Source of the DNA: Cycas panzhihuaensis
Lineage: Eukaryota > Plantae > Cycadophyta
Length of the DNA: 64,000 nucleotides
Assembly (NCBI GenBank): GCA_023213395.1
Contig: CM041465.1
Coordinates: forward strand, 83,335,741-83,399,740
Direction: 5' to 3'
Shown: in pieces, positions 50,501 through 63,040 of the stretch
Numbering within the stretch: position 1 is the stretch's first letter
Layout: the number at the start of each line of letters is the position of its first letter
Translations under genes and position numbers: made by a program
Notes under the pieces: generated by a model
What the model was told of the DNA's origin: nothing
Seen by the model: only the letters and a program-made list of their open reading frames with translations
The model's database searches: none

Positions 50501-53500
50501 TTGGAAATTTGCTTAGACTCTTCAACATAAAAGGAAGAAGATTCAAAGAAGTAGGAAGAAGAAGAAGACTATGAAAATGAAGATCTTTCAATCGAAGAAG
50601 ATTTTGAGGAGGTATATTGGTAAGAAAAAAGTTAAAAAGCTTGGATGAGCTATTTAAAGAAAATATGATTCCATGTATATAAGGAGTAGAAAGTCGAGGT
50701 AATAAAAAAATATCTTTGAAAATGTTTGTAAAGGGAATGTGTAATTCTATAAAAGATTATTTTCAAATGGAAAAGATAGATGAAAATGGTCAGAGAGTGG
50801 AATCTAAATTATTGTTGGCTAAAGGGAGCCTAGAAAAGTTGAAGAATTTTCCACCATCCTATTCCAAATTGGAATATGGAGAATGAATCATAAGCCAATC
50901 CTTAGATTATGAGTTGAAGCTAGATGGTAAGTCAGTATAGGGGGAAAAGTTAAAGCTTAGAAAGATCAATATTGGAACTAAAGAAGAACCTAAACAAGTC
51001 ACCATAGGCAACTATTAGGACTAAGAGATAATCAATTAGGTAATGACATTATTTATGGAGTATAAAGAATTCTTTACATGGTTCTATAATGACTTGAAGG
51101 GAATTCCTCCTGAATTAAGAGAATATAAGATTGAATTTCTTGAGAATACTAAGCCAATTCAATAACGTCCTTATAGAATAAACCCAAAGTATAAGGAGCA
51201 AGTTAAAGTAAATTTGGATAAATTATTAGTAGTTAGGTACATCTTTGAGGTAGTAAATAGTGAATAGGTTAGCCTAATAGTAGTTGTGCCCAAGAAGAAT
51301 GAGAAATTAAGGGTTTCTATAGATTATAGAGCATTGAATGAGGTTGTAAAATGAGACCCCTTACCAATCCTTTTCATGGAAGATGTACTAGAAATGGTAG
51401 TTGGACATGAAGTTTTCTCATTCACTGATAAATTCAGTGGTTACAACCAAGTATGAATCACTTTTAAAGACTATTTAAAGACCACCTTTATTATAGAGTG
51501 GTGAATATATGCTTACAAGGTGATTCCATTTAGACTAACAAATGCACTTGCTACCTTCCAACGGGTCATTCTCAACATATTTTTAAAAATAGTAGGGAAA
51601 ACTATTGAAGATTTTCTTAATGATTAGACATTGTATAGTTCTCTAAAAAAACATTTAATCAACTTGAGGCTAATTTCTGAGATTTGTAAGAGAAGTAATC
51701 TCTGTTTAAATCCCAAAATACCTTTATGGTAGCATTTGGTTCATTGTTAGGGTATATTGTTGTAAAGGATGGGTTTTTAATGGATCTAGCAAGGTTTTAG
51801 TCATATTAAACTTTCTATTACTAAAAACAATGAAGAATTAAAGGGATTTTTAGGAATGATAGGGTATTACCAAAAGTTTATCTATTATTATACCCAAATT
51901 ACTAATCCTTTCGATGCATTATTAAAGAAAGCAACCACATAGGTATGGATGCTGAAGTAGTAGTTAACATTTGATCTGCTAAAGAAAATGATAACTTAAG
52001 CCCTCGTCTTATAATTCCATGATTGTAAGAAACCATTTTATATCCATGTGGATGCATCATTACATGTTATTAGTTATTCCCTAACTCGACTAGGTGAAGG
52101 AAATGTAGATATTCTAGTTTATTTTTCTAGTAGAAAGCTTACACTAGTAGAATATAATTATTTTATTATAGAATGAGAAGGGCTTGGTATGGTTTATGCT
52201 TTATGTGAGAACTTAGACACTACTTACTAACTAATCCCTTTGTTTTCTTTGTGGACCATTAGACCTTATAATAGTTGATTAATAAGCTAATATTACAAGG
52301 GAGACTTAGTTGTTGGCTTATGTTGTTTTAAGAATTCATGTTTAAAATCATCATGAGAAAAGGGGAGAAACATATTATGCTAGATCAACTTTTAGGAATA
52401 GAGTAAGGGTGGAAAGCAATTAAGATAGTAGATGATTTTGATGATAATAAGTTGTTCTACATTGAGGGTGTTCCCTCATAGGATGAAATAATTGCATAAT
52501 ACTTGATTATTAGAGAAACACCTATAGGTATGGATAGAGTAGAAAGAAAGAGTTTTATTAAAAAAGCCTTTCCTTTCTAATTGGTACATGGCATGTTGTG
52601 CAAGCTTAGACCTGATGAAGCTTTACATAGATGTATTTTAGAGCATGAGGTACATACTATTTTGAGGGAGGTCCATGAAGGGGTGACATCTATTCACTAG
52701 GGGAGTGAGAATATAAGGAAAAGTTTGTTGGTAGGATTGTGGTGGCCAATATTATTCATGGATGTGGATGAATGGGTTAAAACTTATGTTGTTTATTAAT
52801 ATACATATAAAACTTCAAAATAGAACTTTTACCATTACACTCGATTCTAGCTTGAGCTCCATTTGAATAATGGGAGTTAGACTTTCTAGGTGCAATCAAC
52901 TCACCTCTGAGGAGAACTAATTCCAAATATATCCTCATTGCTATAGATTTTATGACTAAGTTGAAAAAGACAAAATTAATTAGATAGCATGCCATAAGGA
53001 GCACTACTAGATTTCTCTATAAAGTCATCATTATGCATTTTGGCTACCCTTTAGAGATAATTTTAGATTAGGAAAATAAATTTCTTAATAATACCATTAA
53101 GCAATTAACCATAGAATTCATGATTTAGCATGGTAAATCTTATCCATAATATCCTAGACCTAATGGCCAGGTGGAGAGTATTGATAATATTTTGAACACT
53201 ACTGCAATAAAGATTTGTAATGTAGGAAGAATGGACTAGGAAGAAAGACTCCACTTAATCCTTTAGGCAGGTAGGACCACAAGGAAATAACCTCATAAGC
53301 GCATACCTTTCCAACTTATGTATGGATTGGAAGTAATAGTTCATCTTGAATTCTAAGTAGAAAGTATTGAAGTAGCCTAACATATGAGATTAGGAGAATA
53401 AGAATCTTACAATTAATGTTTGATTTAACTGATGAAGTTGGATGAAGAAAGGGCTATATGGGAACTAGAAGTAGAAAAAGCAAGAAGGAAGGCATGGTAT

Positions 53501-53719
53501 GATAGACATCTATAGGTACCTTAGTACTATATAGGTGATTTAGTCTTAATGTACGATAGTAAATTTTGGATGAAACTCAGTAAGATGAAGTTAAGGTATC
53601 ATAGACCCTTTAAGGTAAATCACATTCACACAAATGGAGTAGTATGCCTAGATTAATTAGATGGTAAAATGTTGACCAAGATGGTCAATAGTAATATGCC
53701 TAAGTTGTATAAGTATTAA
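47567..53719 (+). pseudogene. Gypsy H gag-pol pseudogene
   Basis: Zinc knuckles at 49140-49475; PR IVDSG (~49960); RT EYKEFFTW..DLKGIPP, RPYRINP, VVVPKKN, DYRALN, FSGYNQV; RH IHVDAS; INT YPRPNGQVES. No chromodomain and no additional RNase H seen. Confidence 0.9.
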
Positions 53720-54396
53720 AAGAAAAAAAGGAAAAAAAACAAAAAAAGAGCATGTGATCCAAGGTAACAAATTGAATTACATTCTAGAGAACTACCAATC
53801 TTGCCTCTGCTGGAGCTGGATCTGCGTCTTCGAGCTAGGGTTCATAGCGTGGCGGCGCAGGCGTTCTTAGGGATTGTCTGGATGCCATGGCGTCTTCCAG
53901 AGGTTGAAGGCATTGCAGGCCGGCCGGCCTTTGAAGACTTGTTTTGGCTATCCTCTCTCGCTCTAGCTGTGGAGGTGCTTGAGGAATATGCATTCGGATC
54001 GAGACTAGAAGACTTGCTCATTAGAGGAGGCAGAACGCATCATAGTGTCGATACTCTACCGTGGACTCCAGATTTCTGTTTTCACTGGATCGTCCTTCTA
54101 GAGGAAGAGCGCCGCCTTATCAAGGCTGATCAAACGGGTGAGTTTTGGCTTGGGGAGGGACGAGGGACCCTCAGATGCTCATGCAGACACCGGACCTGCT
54201 TTAATGGTGGATCTATTTTGAATACACTACTGAAAATTGGGCGGGGTTTTTGGAAAGACTGGCTGATACTTGGTATGTCATTACATGCTGGTCTGGAGTT
54301 AGTTTCTTGGAAAGATTGGATGAAAAGGCTTGAAATGCCAATGCTATTTTGTTGTGTTGCTTTGCTGGCTTTTTTCTGTAATTTTCTCTTAATATA

Positions 54397-55722
54397 ATGG
54401 AAAAAGATCAAACCTATCTAAACCAGAACCAGAACCCTAACCTGGCCTTGGGGAGAACTTATTGCGATGTGCTGAAAACAAACGAGGTAGAATCCTTCGA
54501 CCTAACACCAGAGATCGTGGATAACGAAGCTAGGTTGCAGATTCCTTTGGCTTTGGTAGAAAAAACTGAAAAATTATGGGAGAATTGCCTAGTGGGCAGA
54601 TTTTCAGGCCCCAGGCCGGGATTGGAAGCCATAAGGGCATAGACAAAGACGAAGTGGAGAATAATGGGGGGTGTGGAGGTAATAGCCATGCCTAAGGGCT
54701 ATGTGCTATTTAAATTTACCTCATATGACGACATGTCTGGTATTCTGATTAGGGGCCCTTGGATGTTTGGACGTAAGGCCCTCCCTCTTGAGAAATGGCA
54801 TAGGGATTTTGATCCCTCGAGCCCTAAAATTAGACAAGCTCCAATTTGGATCCAACTCCTGGGCCTCCCTCTTCACCACTGGAACCCTAAAGTGTTTAGA
54901 GGCATTGCGAAAGTGGTGGGCCCTCTATTAGCTGTCGACTCAGCGACGAGGAACAGGAGTAGGCTTATAAATACCAGAATCTGTGCTCTGGCAAGATTAG
55001 ATAAGCCCCTCTTGGAATATATTAGGATGGAACTGTCAGACAAGAGTTGGGTCCAACCGCTGGTTTATGAGATGGACCATTTTAGATGTTCAACTTGTAG
55101 AAATTTGGGGCACTTACCTCAGAAGTGCCAGGGAGTTCAGCCATTAAAAGATGACAAAGAAGGAAATCAACCTACCTCAAACCCCCAAGAATCTGGGGTG
55201 GGTGTTGAATGCCCAGCACCCCCGGGGAATGCAGAGGACTCTCCCCAAAATTTGGGTTTTGACCCTAATGAGGAGGACACGCTGTTGGAGGAGGAAGACT
55301 AAGAGGCTCAGGCCCATGTGACCTAGAAGGGTTCGGCTGGGGTGGATGGAGTGGGGGATTCCCCCCACTCTGGGGATGAGCTAGCCCATATTGACATGCA
55401 AGGACAACCCAGGCTGGAGGAAGAGAAGAACAAGATGGTAGGGTTGGAGACAGAATTAATCTCAGCGGTGGAAACGGTTTAAGGGGTTGGTTGCATCGAG
55501 GTTCTAGGTAGGGCGACCCCTGTTTCACCGCCGCACTTGGCCTCATCTCAAAAGAAGATGCCTGACGTGGGTGTCGAGAGGAAGGTTGGTAGGCCGCCTT
55601 CTAGGCTACAAAGGGAAAGAGATTCGACTGCTCAGGTCGATTTTGGCACCCAAAAAACTTTAAAGGAAGCATTCCTTGAAGGACCTATTCTTAGATCTAG
55701 TACAAGAAATGAGACCCCCTAA
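54397..55722 (+). pseudogene. LINE ORF1 (DUF4283-type domain plus CX2CX4HX4C knuckle)
   Basis: WENCLVGRF, GPWMFG, PIWIQLLGLPLHHW, CSTCRNLGHLPQKC. Interrupted by stops at 54640 and 55300. Confidence 0.92.
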
Positions 55723-55761
55723 GGGGGATACTGCAGAGGTCTGGAAACTGAGAAAGAAACG

Positions 55762-58700
55762 ATGAAATTTATTTCATGGAATACTAGGGGTTTGAACGCC
55801 CCTTCGAAGCAAAGAATAATTAAGGATATGAGAGATAGACATCAATTGGACCTATTATTTCTGCAAGAAACAAAGCTGAGTAAGGAGAATGGATTAAAGA
55901 TCAGAAACAAAATCTGGAAGCAAGCGGAGGGTACAGAGAGGGACTATAGTCAAGGTATCAGAGGATTGATGGTGCTGTGGAACCCATCTATCTGGTTGGG
56001 AGAAACCTTTTTGGTTGAGGACTCCTTCATCTCAGTTAGACTAACAAGCAAAAGTAACAACATTACATGGATGGCCACCAATGTTTATGCCCCAACTCTT
56101 CAAACAGCTAGGAAGGGGCTTTGGGATAGACTGATTGAAGCCCACAGGGATTGCCAGCTCCCATGGCTGCTGGTGGGAGACTTTAACTCGGCTTTATCCC
56201 CTGGAGATAAGAAAGGAGGCACCGGGGGTTGGACCACTAGTATGGCTGAATTTGGTGACTTCCTCCAACAAGGGGGTCTGGAAGATGTCAGGCTTAGTGG
56301 GGCATCTTACACCTGGACGAACAAGAGGTTGGGGGATAGCCATATTCAAATCAAGCTAGATAGGGTGCTAGTGAACTATGATTAGATGAGGTGTTTTCTG
56401 GACTTTGTGCTAGAGGCATTGCCGAGGATAAGTTCGGATCACTCACCTCTTTTGCTACAATTTTTTGATCCGGTGAAATTCAGCGGGGCCCCTTTCAGAT
56501 TTGAATTAATGTGGCTCTACCATCCTGATCTTCGGAACAAAATTAAGGATTGGTGGGGTATAGACATTAAAGGTCACGCTATGTACAGATTTTCAAAGAA
56601 GCTGGACTGGGTTAAAAGACAAATAAAGGCTTGGAACAAGGAGGTCTTTCAAAACATAAATGCACAAAAGGATAAAATAATCCAGGATCTAAAAAGCATC
56701 GAGGAACAAATTGAGTAGTTGGGTAGATCAACGGAGCTCGACAAGGCGGAGAAGGAGCTCACGGAGACCATGGAGGAGATACTTAACAGGGAGGAGACCC
56801 ATTGGAGACAAAAATCTAGGGCCCTCTGGTCAAGGCCATGTAAATACTACATTTTTCCATATGACCACTGTAAAACATAGGGCGAACAACAGGATTAACA
56901 GTCTTATTTCGGATGATGGGTCAGAGGTCAGCTCAGTCGAGGGTATGAAGGAGCTGGCTAGTGATTACTTCAAGAACCTTTTTATACCACAGCCAGATTT
57001 GGTCGAGAAGAGAGTTCCTGAATAACATCCCTTGTTTGGTGAATAGGGAGCAGAATGCCTAGCTTTCAGCCCCATTCACTCAGGATGAGGTCAAGGAGGC
57101 TCTCTTTGGTATGAAGAAAGATAAGGCGCCGGGCCCTGATGGATTTCCCCTGGGGTTCTTTTAGGAATTCTGGGATATTATTAAAGGGGACCTCATGGAT
57201 GCCTTGAAAGAGTTTCAGGAAAACAGAAAGATTCTGCAGGAGTGGCAGTCCACTTTCCTGGTCCTTATCCCCAAGAAAGATGGGGCAAAAAGGATGGAGG
57301 AGTTCCGCCCTATAAGCCTTTGTAACGTTAAGTACAAAATTCTTACTAAGGTTCTGGTGAATAGGTTGAAGAAAATTATGCCAAACATTATTTCCCAAAA
57401 CCAAGACGGTTTTATTCGGGGTAGACAGCGATATGATGGCTATATTGTTGTGCATGAAACAATCCACTCAGCTGCAGAAAGGAAAGAGCCTGTGATGCTT
57501 ATCAAGATTGATCTTTCGAAGGCCTTTGATAGAGTCTCCTGGGTTTGTCTGCTAGATTGCCTGGGGGCATTTGGCTTTGGGGAGACTTGGCGGTCATGGA
57601 TTAAACTATGCATTGGCAACCCACAATTTTCGGTCATTATAAATGGCTCTTCCTCCAGATTTTTTCCGGGATTCAGAGGGCTGAGACAGGGAGACCCTCT
57701 CTCTCCCTTCTTGTACATTACGATGGCTGAGCTCCTAGGTAGAACCCTGGAGTCAGTCAGAAGGCAGGGGGCCATAAAAGGTATAAAGCCGACATCTGGG
57801 GTGGATAATGTGGCTCATCATCAATTCGTGGATGATAATATTTTTTTGGGAAAGGCTACTATAAGTGAGGCCTCCAAATTTAAGGAGATTTTGGGCCACT
57901 TTGAGGAGGCCACGGGCCAAAAAATAAATTTCAACAAGAGCAGTGTTTTCTTTATCAATACCCTGGGTTATGTCCAAGGCAGGATTAGTAGAACTTTAGA
58001 GATGAAAAGCTCCCCACCATTTATCTTGGGCTGCCACTCTTCGTTGGGAGAATGTCCAAGGATATGTGGAACCCCCTTATCGACAGGATGCAAAGGAAGC
58101 TGGCGGGCTGGAAAGGCGCTCTCTTGAGTTTAGCCGGAAAACTCTAGTTAGTTGCCTCGACGTTGTAGAGCATCCCAGTTTTTTGGATGTCTATTTTCAG
58201 GGTTCCAGCGGGTATATCAAATATTATAGAATCTATTCAGAAGAGATTCCTCTGGTCGGGGTCAGAGAGCAAAGACAGAATTCACTTGGTTAGTTGGAAT
58301 AAGTATGCACTCCGAAATGGGCCGGGGGCCTCAACCTAAGAAGGACTCCTCTCTTCAACGCTGCCCTAGGAGCTAAATTGGGATGGCGATTATTTAAAGG
58401 GGGACAGAGACTATGGGAGATGATCTTGGAAAGAAAATACATTCAAGGGGGCTCTCTCCTCAGGAATGAGGTTTCACAGGTTGGTTCTACAGTCTGGAGA
58501 AGCATACTAAAAGCATGGAGGAATATAAGGAATGGGTTGAAATGGAGACTTGGAGACAGTAATTCCATCAGATTCTGGGAGGACGTATGGTGTAGTGACG
58601 TAGCGCTTAAGGACTACCCGGATCTGGAACCTATTATGGGTCCTCAGAATGCAATATGGTACCCAGGTTAAGGATTACTGGATTGGGAATGGCAAAAACA

Positions 58701-59930
58701 AGAGATGGAAGCCCTTCGAGGAAATCCAAACTGAAGGATGGCAAGAGAGCTTAAACAAGTTAAAAGAGATTCTTGGTAAGAATTATATCCCTAGATTGTC
58801 CTTGCCGGACTCGGTTGTGTGGCCTTTGGGGTCAGTCCGGACTACACTGCTAAACAAGGATATCAGTTCCTTTGTTTAGCCAGAGGGGACCACAGAAATC
58901 CTACCCTTGCTAGTGTTTGCAGGCTCCCTATTATACCTAAGATCGCCATATTTTGGTGGACCTGCCTGATGAATAAAATCCTCACCATAGACAATCTCAA
59001 GAGGAGAGGCTTTTCGTTGGTGAATAGATGTCCTTTATGTTGCTCAGAGGAGGAATCTATGGATCACATATTTATTGGGTGCTCCTTTACGAGAGAGGTC
59101 TAGAGGTTGTTACTCGGGAAAATGGAGGTTTGCTGGATCTTCTCAGAGAAGACTATTGACTTATGGCTTGCCTGGCTTAGCCCCTTTAGAAGTAGAATGC
59201 TAAGCAACATTTGGAAGTGCACGCTTCTGATTTTAGCTTGGAATATATGGAAGGAGAGAAATCAGAGAATTTTTTAGGATACCCAGATGGATCAGACTGC
59301 CGTTTTCAGCAGAATAAGTTTGGACATAAAGGAAAATGTTGGGAACGTGAAAGAAAAACATGTTTCCTTGACGGAGAGTAGAATTTTAAGCAGATGGGGT
59401 ATTCGGCTTGATTTTGAGGTGGTTAGGCCTAGATGTAGCAGTTGGCAGCCCCCAGAGGAGCCCTGGATTAAAGTTAACTTCGATGGAGTGGCCAAAGGGA
59501 ACCCCGGGGAAGCGGGCGGTGGGGGTATCTGCAGGGATTACACCGGCTCCCCAATCTGGGCTTTTGCGGATTACTATGAATGCCAGACAAACCACTATGC
59601 AGAGATGAAGGCTATGTTTAAAGCCCTAGACCTAGCTGTTAAAGGAAATGCCCAGCGTTTAATTTTAGAGGGGGACTCAGAGGTGGTGCTCAAGGTTCTG
59701 AGAGGGGAGGCCCTTCTAGACTGGAGATTCCAGACCCTTTTCAATGACACCAAAGAGATCATTTAGGGGCTGGCGGAAGTCTAAATAAGGCATACTTTGA
59801 GAGAAGGCAATAAGCCCGCTGATTTCTTAGCAAATTGGGGTGTAAGGCACCGAAAAGGTCAAGTTTGGAGAGGCGAGTTCTCTAGGGATCTTATGGTTCT
59901 GGTAGAAAAGGACATGATCAGTATTAGCTA
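55762..59930 (+). pseudogene. LINE ORF2 (APE endonuclease, RT, zf-RVT, RNase H)
   Basis: ISWNTRGLN, LQETK, NVYAP, GDFN, KLDRVL, SDHSP; KAPGPDG, FRPISLCN, KIDLSKAFDRV, GLRQGDPLSP, QFVDD; CPLC..EEESMDHIFIGC; KVNFDG..KGNPG, EGDS. Several stops and frameshifts. Confidence 0.95.
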
Positions 59931-60498
59931 GCCATGGGGCTTGTCCCGGTATTTAGCTCTCTGGCCTAGACCGTGGGGTTGTCACGGTCATATATACATT
60001 GGTTAGCACAGTGTCCTCTGATGTAATAGGTTGTGGGATCCTGTTCAAACCCACTATAAATTCATTTTACCTTATCAAAAAAAAGGTAACAAATTTTTTT
60101 AATCATGGTGACAATGGACAAAGCATATTAAAGATTTGATAAAGATTAGATAATTATTGATTAAAGGAGTGTTGCACCTTTTTGGTTATAATCATCATTG
60201 CATTAATCACAATCAATAGTGGATTATTTGGTCATAATCAAGGTTAGCAATAGAAATTAATTATAAGCATAACCAACAATGAACCTACAACAAGATAAAT
60301 GGATAGGATTGTGTTAGGTACAACATGTAGTGCATATTGTAGACATGATTAGGTAAGGTAATGATGATAAGATGTGACTATGACCAAGGCAGTTACCAAA
60401 AATGATATATATCTTCTTTTCTCCTTAACTTAATTATCATATGATTTGATCATTCTAGCTAAGCATTTGAAGGAACCTTGCAAGAAGAAGAATAAGCC

Positions 60499-62230
60499 AT
60501 GGTGGACATTAATCATATTCCATACAAAAATATAAGTTTCAGGAATGATCCTTAGATTCAAGCCAAATGGTTGGTAATATCAGCTAGTGATAATACAAAG
60601 AAAATGTTGATGGAGGCTAGCTTGTCAAAATATATTTTACTAGGTGTTCTTCTTATGGTAACTTCTATTTTAGTGTTATAGCCAAAAATTTTATATTTTT
60701 CTATAGAAAAAATTATAGATTGATAAGACTATCAAACAAGGGCAATGGAATTCTAAAGGATAAGTAAATTCCTAGGGAGTAGGATGCAAGACAAATCAGT
60801 ACAGATATAAAGGGCATATCAAGCTTAGAAATAAGTATTACCACCATCCATTCTAAAGAATGAAAATGGATCACTCATCTTCTATTTATTGAGTTGATTC
60901 TTAGTTAGAAACATTTATATGTTCCAACAAGTTTGTAGACATTATTGCTATCAGTTTCTAAGGGGGATTAATTTAATTAGGATAATTTCATTTTTAAATG
61001 ATTCTAAAAGAACTTTGAGAGTGTAGGACATGAAACATAATCCAACATAATTTTCCATGTGATGTTGCTATAAGGCCTATTATGTTTCTAATGCCCTAAT
61101 GTATAATTACTACCACCAAAAGAAGGGAAAGTCCATCTTGTCAAATTGACATGCATAATTAAAAAGGATAATTTACAAAATCATATGTTGGTAGAGGCCC
61201 AAGAAAAAGTAAAAGTGTGGCTTCTTCAATAATGGCAATAAACGATTTCAGTACCTTCTCTAGGCAGAAAGGTAGTTAGTGGAAAAGAAGATGAGGAACT
61301 ATGAGAAGAGGAGACATTGTAGATAAGAATTAGAAAACAAGTAACTAAAGAAGAAGAGAAAAACAAATAAAAGAATGAAAGAAGAGAATGAATTAGATTA
61401 GGAAAAAGGAAGGTAGAGTCAAAAGAGCTAGTAACAATTGAAGAATAACCCTAAAAAGTAGTTCAGACTAGTTTGAAATGTATAAAAACTGATTATCATT
61501 AATGCCAACATAGGAAATTAGCATAGAAGAAGTGATAATAAGAGATTATTAAGCAATTGAATCGACAACCAATAGAATTTGAGTATTCTTATACACAAAT
61601 TTTGGAAGAAGGAATAAGTACAATATCCTATGATCTTGAGGATGTCTCTAAGTGGAGGACTTCTTTTCTTAGCAAAGTCACTAGACAACTAGTGGAAAAA
61701 TTAGAAAATTGGATATAAAAGCCACCACCTAATGTATAATAAATTCACTAGTTGAAGGAACAACTTCAAATGATACAGACAAAGTTGAAATTTTTAAAGA
61801 AATTTATTTTGGATTGGGTTGATGATGTCAATGACATTATTTCAGAGTTAAATAGATTTAAAGAAAATTTTAATTAACATAATATGGATGATATTTAGGA
61901 TATAGTGTATAAGTTAAGCACCTGGATTCTAAGAAGTGATAAGAAAATACAACAATACCATACTTTATAGAAATAGGTTCTAGCATATAAATCTAAACTA
62001 GATTATAAAAAAGATAACTAAAGAGTTGAATGAGGAAATTGATCAATTATAAACATGAGAATTACCAAATATGAGACAATTAGATGCATTACATGATATA
62101 CTTCTCTTGTATGACTACATCAAGTCTAAAGGCCTAAACTTACCTCTAACTATTATCCATTTAGATCCTCTAGGTATCAAGAGGAAGGTTGCCAAGCTTA
62201 AGGAGGTTCAAAAGCAAGCCTAAGAACATA
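60499..62230 (+). pseudogene. Decayed extra 3' ORF of Gypsy H (unknown function; E/K-rich, coiled-coil-like C-terminal half)
   Basis: MVDINHIPYKNISFRNDP*IQAKW...KKMLMEASLSKY, then EEDEEL*EEET and KLENW...QLQMIQTKLKFLKKFILDW. Lies between INT and the PPT. Confidence 0.5.
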
Positions 62231-62346
62231 AGAGTTAGAATTGTAATTATCAATAATATTAATTTTTTAGGGGGGATTAAGGGTTGGAATTTTTTTAAAA
62301 ATTTTAGAATGAGTGAGGGCACTCGTTGGAGATGTAACAAGGAAGA

Positions 62347-63040
62347 TGTATATGGAGAAACAAGTCATGAGAATATTTTTGAAATTGGCAAGGTAAATTG
62401 TAGTTTTCAGGCATAAAATAGGTACGACCAAGTATAACTAGTTATAATCTAGAGTGTGACCAAGTCAAAGTTTGGAAGTTTAGGTGTGACCAGTAATAAC
62501 CTAGAGCATAACTAAGTGTGACTAGGTATAACTTAGAGTGCAACTAGGTCAAAGTTTAGTAGTCTAGGTGTAATCAGGTATAATCTAGAGTGCAACCAAA
62601 TATGGCTAGGTACAACCTAGAGTACAATTAGATCGTAATTTTGTAGCATAGGTATGACTAGGTATAACTTGGAGTATGACCAAACCATAACTAAGATTGT
62701 AACAGATAGTTTAAGTTTGATTTTATGACTTAATCACATGTAACTGACTACTAATTAATTATGAAAGATATAAGAGGAACTTGTAATTAATGTATATAAG
62801 TGATAATATCTTCCTCTAGTCATCATTTCTATAGGAGTTTTATACTTATTTTCTTGTTATATACCTATGATTATAGGCTATTTATTTTATGTGCTATTTA
62901 GGCCTAGTTGTGAGAGCACTAAATGCAGTTCCCCTTTTCTCAATAAAGTTCTAGTTCAAATACTCCAATGATATATGTATTTATGTGCTTGCTCTATTTT
63001 TTGTATTAACTAACTTAAGTAGGAATAATGGTAGTAAACA
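62347..63040 (+). repeat. 3' LTR of H
   Basis: TG...CA ends; follows the PPT; partner of 46851-47531. Confidence 0.88.

Larger units (their letters stand above)
53774..60082 (+). mobile_element. Full-length L1-clade LINE with RNase H, 6.3 kb, 13-bp TSD AAGGTAACAAATT
   Basis: TSD at 53761-53773 and 60083-60095. 3' end ...TTTTACCTTATC followed by an A tail. ORF1 and ORF2 present. Clearly more GC-rich than the flanks. Confidence 0.96.
46851..63040 (+). mobile_element. Ty3/Gypsy non-chromovirus element H (Athila/Phygy-like), ~9.9 kb excluding the nested LINE
   Basis: LTRs at 46851-47531 and 62347-63040. Flanks TTTGG / TCTAA fit an ancestral TSD TCTGG, which restores the host codons W-S-G-K-K-P. 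tRNA-Glu PBS. PPT AAGGAAGA at 62339-62346. Confidence 0.88.

Noticed and set aside
54130-59608. Antisense and alternate-frame ORFs over the LINE, and similar short hydrophobic ORFs elsewhere (21686, 22461, 24141, 36749)
   Set aside because: They are shadows of TE coding strands or of purine/pyrimidine skew, with no recognisable domains.
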